From an uncultured delta proteobacterium (GTDB lineage: Bacteria > Myxococcota_A > Polyangia > Polyangiales > Polyangiaceae): 64,000 bases of DNA. Positions 58,655 through 64,000 of the stretch are shown here, piece after piece. Under the pieces are notes generated by a model. The model had not been told where the DNA came from and made no database searches. It saw only the letters and a program-made list of their open reading frames with translations. The stretch is from assembly GCA_963696385.1 (NCBI GenBank), contig CAVOKF010000005.1, positions 256,001 through 320,000 of the forward strand. Direction: 5' to 3'. Both the position numbers and the translations under genes were made by a program. Every line of letters starts with the position of its first letter. Positions within the stretch are counted from its first letter, which is position 1.

Positions 58655-59051
58655 CGGCCCCCCCGTGCGAACGCGAGACTTCTCGGCCAATATGAACCAG
58701 TATACCGCGAATCGCTGCAAATTCGACGAAGCGCACGTTCGCGCAGATATCGAATCAACATGCGACTTGGTCGCATTCATTACCATGACTGCGTGAAGCC
58801 GATGGTGTATGGCGTCGTCGGCGTAAAGCGATCGGAAAAGTCGCAGTCGGGATTGCTCGCACACGCGCCGTGGTCCGTGATGGCGACGACCGACGGACTG
58901 AGCGGAGAGGTGGCCGCCGTGCAGCGAGTGTAGCGGGGCCATCTACATGCGCACCGGTTAGGGGAGGTGTCTGGCGTCGGTGCTGCTTTGCGTGGCCCGA
59001 GTCAATGCCGACTGCCGAAGCAACCACCGCGGTCTATAGTCACCACCGCGC

Positions 59052-60086
59052 ATGACGTTACCACTGGTGACAGTAGCGATTCCCTGCCGCGACGCGGAGG
59101 CTTACGTTGAGGCGTGCATCCGCTCGGTCCAAGCGCAGGACTGGGCGAGCGACCGCATCGAAATCCTCGTCGCCGACGGAATGAGCGTGGACGCGACTCG
59201 CGAGATTCTCGATCGCCTGGCCGCTGAAGACAGTCGCATCCGTCTCATCGACAACCCCGGACGCATTCGGGCCGCGGGGCTGAACGAGTGCATCCGTCGC
59301 GCGCAGGGTAACGTGATTGTGCGCATGGATGTTCACGTCGATTATGGGCCGGACTTTGTTCGCCAGTGCGTCCGTGTCCTCGAGCGCACTGGCGCGGACA
59401 ACGTCGGGGGCGTTGCGCGGCCCAGGGCGAGGACGTTCTTCCAGCGTTGCGTCGCCGCGGCGCTCCGCAGTCCCATGGGCATCGGCGGATCGACGCGCCA
59501 CAAGAGCGATCGGGAAGGCTTTGTCGAGAGCGTCAAGTCCGGTGCGTTTCGTCGCACTGTTTTCGAGCGCGCCGGGTTATTCGACCCCCACGCAATCGAC
59601 GACGAGGATGCGGATTGGAACCATCGTCTCGCTGCGACGGGTGGGCGCGGTTACCTGAGCCGCGACATCGTGTCGCACTACCACCCACGTGGATCGTGGA
59701 GCGCGCTGGCTCGGCAGTACTACGGGTTGGGCCAAGGCCGGGCGAGGACCCTTCTCAAGCACCGCCGGCTTCCGTCCCTTCGTTCCGCTATCCCCTTCCT
59801 TGGACTGGTCGGCGAGACATTTCTGCTGGCCGTCGCTCCGCTGAATTTGGGCGGTCTGTCTCTTGCTGCCTATACCCTGGCGACCGGAGCCGAGGCCATT
59901 CGCCTCGGCAGATCCGAAGGAGTCGCGGCCATCCCGGTGGTCTGGGCCATCTTTCCGGTCGTTCACGGATGCTACGGCGCGGGTTTCGGCGTCGGATTGG
60001 TCAAGTACGCCCTTCGACCCGATTGGAGTGAGGCCGAGCGGCTGACGGCGCCGGATGCCCCTGTTCCGGCGGGAGTGGCTCCATAA
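59052..60086 (+). CDS. Glycosyltransferase family 2 (ExoA-like)
   Basis: VTVAIPC, VADGMSVD.T, GLN, RMDVH, ED, QYYG.G.GR and C-terminal TMs. Confidence 0.9.
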   Translation: MTLPLVTVAIPCRDAEAYVEACIRSVQAQDWASDRIEILVADGMSVDATREILDRLAAEDSRIRLIDNPGRIRAAGLNECIRRAQGNVIVRMDVHVDYGPDFVRQCVRVLERTGADNVGGVARPRARTFFQRCVAAALRSPMGIGGSTRHKSDREGFVESVKSGAFRRTVFERAGLFDPHAIDDEDADWNHRLAATGGRGYLSRDIVSHYHPRGSWSALARQYYGLGQGRARTLLKHRRLPSLRSAIPFLGLVGETFLLAVAPLNLGGLSLAAYTLATGAEAIRLGRSEGVAAIPVVWAIFPVVHGCYGAGFGVGLVKYALRPDWSEAERLTAPDAPVPAGVAP

Positions 60087-60314
60087 CGATGTCGGCACGA
60101 ATCTCGCGCCGCCTGCTGTCCCTCAAGAGAGGCGACGACGCGACAGGCTTCCGACACGTCCACACCGGCGAGCCGCTTCTCGCCGATCGTCCGCGTGCGC
60201 CGTCGCTGCCGATCGTCCTCATTGACGCTGGGTGACCGCAACACCCGATAGCAAAAAAGACTCGACGCTGCCGTGTTTGCCCACTGAATCGACGGCGTCC
60301 GGTACTTGGCAACC

Positions 60315-60332
60315 TTGGCCTGCATCGTGCGT
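60315..60332 (+). promoter_or_regulatory. Candidate sigma-54 promoter of the kinase-TPR/PEGA operon
   Basis: TTGGCCTGCATCGTGCGT has GG-N10-GC spacing. A second match, CGGCACGAATCTCGC, is at 60093-60107. Confidence 0.4.
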
Positions 60333-60346
60333 AAGCGACCGCCGAC

Positions 60347-62146
60347 ATGATGTCCGTTGCAGAATCTGAGGCGTCGGCGATCGATATCGGGAAGTACCGC
60401 GTCGTTGCGGAGCTCGCGAAAGGCGGCATGGGCAACGTCTATCTCGCGATTGCTCGGGGGCCCGGCGGCTTCAACAAGCTTCTGGCCGTCAAAGAGCTCA
60501 AGCCTTCGTTTTGCGACGACGAAACCTACGTCGCCATGTTTCTGGAAGAGGCGCGGCTCGCGGCACGCCTCACCCACCCGAACATCGTGCAGACGAACGA
60601 AGTGGGGTCCGACGGCAATCGCCACTTCATGATCATGGAATTTCTCGATGGTCGCAGCCTGTACCGGATTGGGCGGCATCTCGCGCGCCACGACGGGCTA
60701 CCCGTAGGTGCGCACCTGCGCGTCATTACCGAGGCGCTCCACGGGCTTCACTACGCGCACGAGCTGCGAGGTTTCGATGGCGAGTCTCTGGAGATCGTGC
60801 ATCGCGACGTGAGTCCGCTCAACGTTGTCGTGACCTTTGACGGTCAGGCAAAGGTGCTCGACTTCGGAATCGCCAAGTCGGTCGATTCCGCGCTCGAGAC
60901 CCGCGCCGGCGTTCTCAAAGGCCGCATCGCCTACATGTCGCCAGAGCAAGCCTGCGGCGGCAAAGTGGATCGGCGCGCCGACGTATATTCCGCAGGTGTC
61001 ATGGTCTGGGAAGCGGCTGCCGGGCAAAGGCTCTGGCCGCACATGTCGGACGTGGAGATCCTCTCGCACCTTCTGCGAGACGGACCACCGTCGCTGCGAG
61101 CCGCCTGCCCGAACGCGTCACCGGAGCTCGATGCGATTTGCGCCAGGGCGATGGCGAGGCACGTCAATGACCGCTACCCAACGGCGGCCGCCTTGGGCGA
61201 GGCGCTCGAGGCGCACCTTGCCGGGCGCGCCGACACGATGTCGATGCGCGAGATTGGGGCTCGCATCACCCGATCGTTCCACGCCGAGCGCGACAAGACC
61301 AGCCTGCTCATCGAGGAGGCCGTGTCGCGCGTTCGGGAGAGTCGCCCATCGGGCACCTTGCCGAGTTTGCGGTCCCCGGTCTCGGGCACGATCTCGGCAA
61401 GCGCTTCGCGCTCCGTCGTCGCCGAAGTCCCATCACTTTTTCCGGGAAGCCCGTCGAGCGATCCTTCGCTGAAGATTGAGGGATCGGCAGCGGGTCGGGG
61501 GTTGAGCGACTCGAACAGCAGCGGTGCGATCGAAGCTCCCAGAGCTAGGGCTCAGATACCTTGGATTGTGGGAACAGGTGCGGCGTGCGGTGTCTCGCTT
61601 GTGCTCGCCGCGGCTTTGGCTGTCGCGGTCGCCCATCGCGGCGGACAGTCGTCGCCGGCGCCGACCGAGCGAAAGGTCTCGACCTCGACTTCTGTGCCTC
61701 GGCCTGCTGCGGAGCCGGCCTTCGTCACACTCGCCGTGCGCGTTTCGCCGTCGACGGCCCAAATCGTGCTCGACGGTACGCGCGTCGCGGGCAATCCCTT
61801 CAGCGCGAGATTTACGAAGGACGGTCAGCCGCACCGAATCGTGGCGTCGGCCGAGGGATACGAAGCGAAGACAGAGGAGGTGTCGCTCGCGAATGACGTG
61901 GCGGTCGACATCAGCCTGGACCGCCTTGCGAGTGCAACGCGCCAGGTCGTGACGCGCTGGATCCCGTCGCCCGCAGCACCGGCTCGCGGGACGAAGGGGC
62001 CCACACCCGATTCTCCGCGTCCCTCGCCGGCGCTGGAGCTCAGTCCCCAACCGACTCCGGTCGCAACCCGAAACGAGTTTGATCCCGCCGGCGGTCGTCC
62101 CCCGCTTCGTCCCATCGTGACCCACAACCCTTACGGTCCCCAATGA
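60347..62146 (+). CDS. Membrane Ser/Thr protein kinase with extracytoplasmic PEGA domain
   Basis: KGGMGNVY, AVK, HRDVSPLN, DFG, YMSPE, a TM and a PEGA-like domain. Confidence 0.93.
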   Translation: MMSVAESEASAIDIGKYRVVAELAKGGMGNVYLAIARGPGGFNKLLAVKELKPSFCDDETYVAMFLEEARLAARLTHPNIVQTNEVGSDGNRHFMIMEFLDGRSLYRIGRHLARHDGLPVGAHLRVITEALHGLHYAHELRGFDGESLEIVHRDVSPLNVVVTFDGQAKVLDFGIAKSVDSALETRAGVLKGRIAYMSPEQACGGKVDRRADVYSAGVMVWEAAAGQRLWPHMSDVEILSHLLRDGPPSLRAACPNASPELDAICARAMARHVNDRYPTAAALGEALEAHLAGRADTMSMREIGARITRSFHAERDKTSLLIEEAVSRVRESRPSGTLPSLRSPVSGTISASASRSVVAEVPSLFPGSPSSDPSLKIEGSAAGRGLSDSNSSGAIEAPRARAQIPWIVGTGAACGVSLVLAAALAVAVAHRGGQSSPAPTERKVSTSTSVPRPAAEPAFVTLAVRVSPSTAQIVLDGTRVAGNPFSARFTKDGQPHRIVASAEGYEAKTEEVSLANDVAVDISLDRLASATRQVVTRWIPSPAAPARGTKGPTPDSPRPSPALELSPQPTPVATRNEFDPAGGRPPLRPIVTHNPYGPQ

Positions 62147-63120
62147 CCTCACGCGCCGCTCGCCTCCGAAGAATGTTGACTCCGGGCCTCCTGTTGGTGA
62201 TGGCGGCCTATCCGCTGCGTGCGGGGGCGCAGGACGCCGACGATCCGACGCATGAGGCCGGCAAGCACTTTCAACGCGCCGTGGCGCTCTATAGCGAAAC
62301 CGACTACCGCGCCGCGCTTGTGGAGTTCAAGCGCGCTTACGCGATCGCGCCCAACGTGGCCGTACTCTACAACGTCGGCGAAACGCAATATCAGGTGCAG
62401 GACTATGCGGGGGCACTCTCGACGTTCACGCGCTATCTCGCGGAATCGAGCGCGAACGAGCCGCGCCGCGCCGAGGTCGAATCTACGCTTCAAGTGCTGC
62501 GCACGCGCGTCGGGCATTTGAGCGTGGTCACCGACCCTGTGGGGGCCGACGTATCGATCGACGACCAGCCGGTCGGCAAGACCCCGTTGGACGATCGATT
62601 GGTCGTCAGCGTCGGACATCGAAAGGTGACCGCATCGCTCGCGGGCAGGTCGGTGGTGACGCGATTCGTCGACGTGGCAGCGGACGACAATGTGTCTTTG
62701 AACTTGGCTTTGCCGGCTGCGGCCGAACCGCCGCCGGACGTGTTTGAGCTGCCGCCCCCGCCGCGCTCCGAAGCTACAACCTCGTCGCGCGGCGGAGCAG
62801 TGCTTCGCGTCGCGGGGTGGATCGGCACCGGGATCCTCGCGGCGGGTGCTGGGTCGATGGGATTTTTAGCGCTTGAGGAAGCGCGCGCACTGAGTCAGTC
62901 TCGCGATTCGTACCCAACGACCGGCGCAACGCTTCGCCACGAATCCAACCTCACCTTGACGTACTCGATGCTGGCGGACTCGCTGACTGGGGCCGCTCTG
63001 GTCCTCGGAGGTGTCACACTGTATTCGACGCTCTCTTCGAGAATCTCGACGCACGCGAGCGAAACGTCGCTGCGGGCATGGCTGGCTCCGACGTCGGCAA
63101 ATATCGAACTGAAGTTCTGA
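62143..63120 (+). CDS. Exported TPR + PEGA domain protein
   Basis: HFQRAVALY..DY.AAL.EF.RAY...LYN and PVGADVSIDD..VGKTPL. ATGA-coupled to the kinase. Confidence 0.85.
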   Translation: MTSRAARLRRMLTPGLLLVMAAYPLRAGAQDADDPTHEAGKHFQRAVALYSETDYRAALVEFKRAYAIAPNVAVLYNVGETQYQVQDYAGALSTFTRYLAESSANEPRRAEVESTLQVLRTRVGHLSVVTDPVGADVSIDDQPVGKTPLDDRLVVSVGHRKVTASLAGRSVVTRFVDVAADDNVSLNLALPAAAEPPPDVFELPPPPRSEATTSSRGGAVLRVAGWIGTGILAAGAGSMGFLALEEARALSQSRDSYPTTGATLRHESNLTLTYSMLADSLTGAALVLGGVTLYSTLSSRISTHASETSLRAWLAPTSANIELKF

Positions 63121-63146
63121 GGACGTGCGGTCGCCCGGAAGGCGAA

Positions 63147-64000
63147 TCACGCATCGCCCGAACCGCGAGGCGCCGTGCGCAGTCCGTGCTTTTGTACGAG
63201 GCGATGCAGGTACATGCGATCCATCCCGCCATTCCGCGACGCGCGGCTGATGTTCCCGCCCGCCTCCGTGAGCAAGGCCGAAATGTAGTCACGTTCGAAT
63301 GCGTCGACGACGGCATCCTTTGCCGCCTTGAACGAGACGCGCACGTCGACGTCGGGTGACTCGGTGACCTTCCGGTGGATGGTGGGCGGAGGCTCTCTCA
63401 ACACGACGGTGCGCTCGACGTAATTGCGCAGTTCTCGAACATTGCCCGGCCAATCGTGCGAAGCGAGATCGACGAGGATTCGAGGCGGAAACAACTCGAT
63501 TTGATCGGGCAGTCCGAGGCCGCTGAGGAACCCTCGAATGAGAAGCGGCAGGTCTTCGACACGCTCCCGCAGGGGCGGGACATGAACGTTCATCACGGCC
63601 AGGCGAAAATAGAGATCCTCGCGGAAGCGCCCCTTGTTCACCTCGCGCTCCAGATCGCGGTTGGTCGCGGCGATGACCCGTACATTGACTTTGCGCGAGC
63701 GCGATTCGCCCAGTCGGCGGATCTCTCGAGCCTCGAGTGCGCGAAGCAATTTCGGTTGCAGCTCCAGCGGGAGCTCGCCGATTTCATCGAGAAATATCGT
63801 GCCCCCATTCGCCGTCTCGAAGGCTCCGACCCGATCGCGGTCGGCCCCAGTGAACGCACCGCGGACGTGACCGAATAGCTCGCTCTCGACCAGGTTCGGG
63901 GAGATCGCGCCGCAATCCACGATGACGAAGGGCCGATCTGCCCTAGGGCCGCGTTGGGCGATTTCGGCCGCCACTAGCTCCTTGCCCGTCCCGCTCTCGC
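63147..64000 (-). CDS. Sigma-54-dependent enhancer-binding protein (Fis family), 5'-truncated
   Basis: ESGTGKE at the window edge, [28 protein letters not shown] and a C-terminal HTH. Confidence 0.95.
   Translation of the reverse strand, partial: ESGTGKELVAAEIAQRGPRADRPFVIVDCGAISPNLVESELFGHVRGAFTGADRDRVGAFETANGGTIFLDEIGELPLELQPKLLRALEAREIRRLGESRSRKVNVRVIAATNRDLEREVNKGRFREDLYFRLAVMNVHVPPLRERVEDLPLLIRGFLSGLGLPDQIELFPPRILVDLASHDWPGNVRELRNYVERTVVLREPPPTIHRKVTESPDVDVRVSFKAAKDAVVDAFERDYISALLTEAGGNISRASRNGGMDRMYLHRLVQKHGLRTAPRGSGDA

Noticed and set aside
58655..58990. N-terminal extension of the kinase ORF to 58942, and a Cys-containing frame ending FTQSW
   Set aside because: The extension has non-coding character, and the alternative frame has no start codon after its upstream stop.
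1..64000. CRISPR arrays, tRNA/rRNA, tmRNA near smpB, IS elements, integrases and prophage genes
   Set aside because: No regularly spaced repeats, cloverleaf or T-loop signatures, or transposase/integrase motifs were recognised by eye. A covariance-model scan would be needed to exclude small RNAs.

Overview
GC-rich, gene-dense chromosomal segment with about 62 CDSs. The gene content suggests a myxobacterium (Myxococcota, probably Polyangiaceae/Sorangiineae): Ser/Thr kinase-TPR/PEGA pairs, a TIGR04563-like small protein, FGE-sulfatase and TolB-like lipoproteins, and sigma-54 activators. This taxonomy is inferred. Most of the window is housekeeping, envelope or signalling genes: slt, radC, a MacAB-like exporter, tsaC/sua5, a porin, an S1 protein, ilvE, UDG, Smr, NUDIX, cysE, smpB, an RRM protein, gnd, an octaheme cytochrome, dus, EVE, M15 peptidase, patatin, egtB, a BVMO, a BamA-like protein, an MFS transporter and a GT2. 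I recognised no rRNA, tRNA, tmRNA, CRISPR array, transposase or integrase. Four genes carry single-base frameshifts (three at homopolymer runs) and one has an in-frame TGA, which probably reflects long-read assembly error. The best candidates for undescribed systems are: (1) a head-to-head locus pairing an ABC operon whose ATPase has lost its catalytic residues with a multi-TM/GAF protein carrying an equally degenerate sigma-54 AAA+ domain; (2) a circularly permuted, PDZ-less SpoIVB-type protease near a secreted beta-propeller/FN3 protein; (3) a MacAB-type exporter with a duplicated 4-TM accessory domain, one copy fused to the ATPase. All family calls come from reading motifs by eye; no database searches were run.
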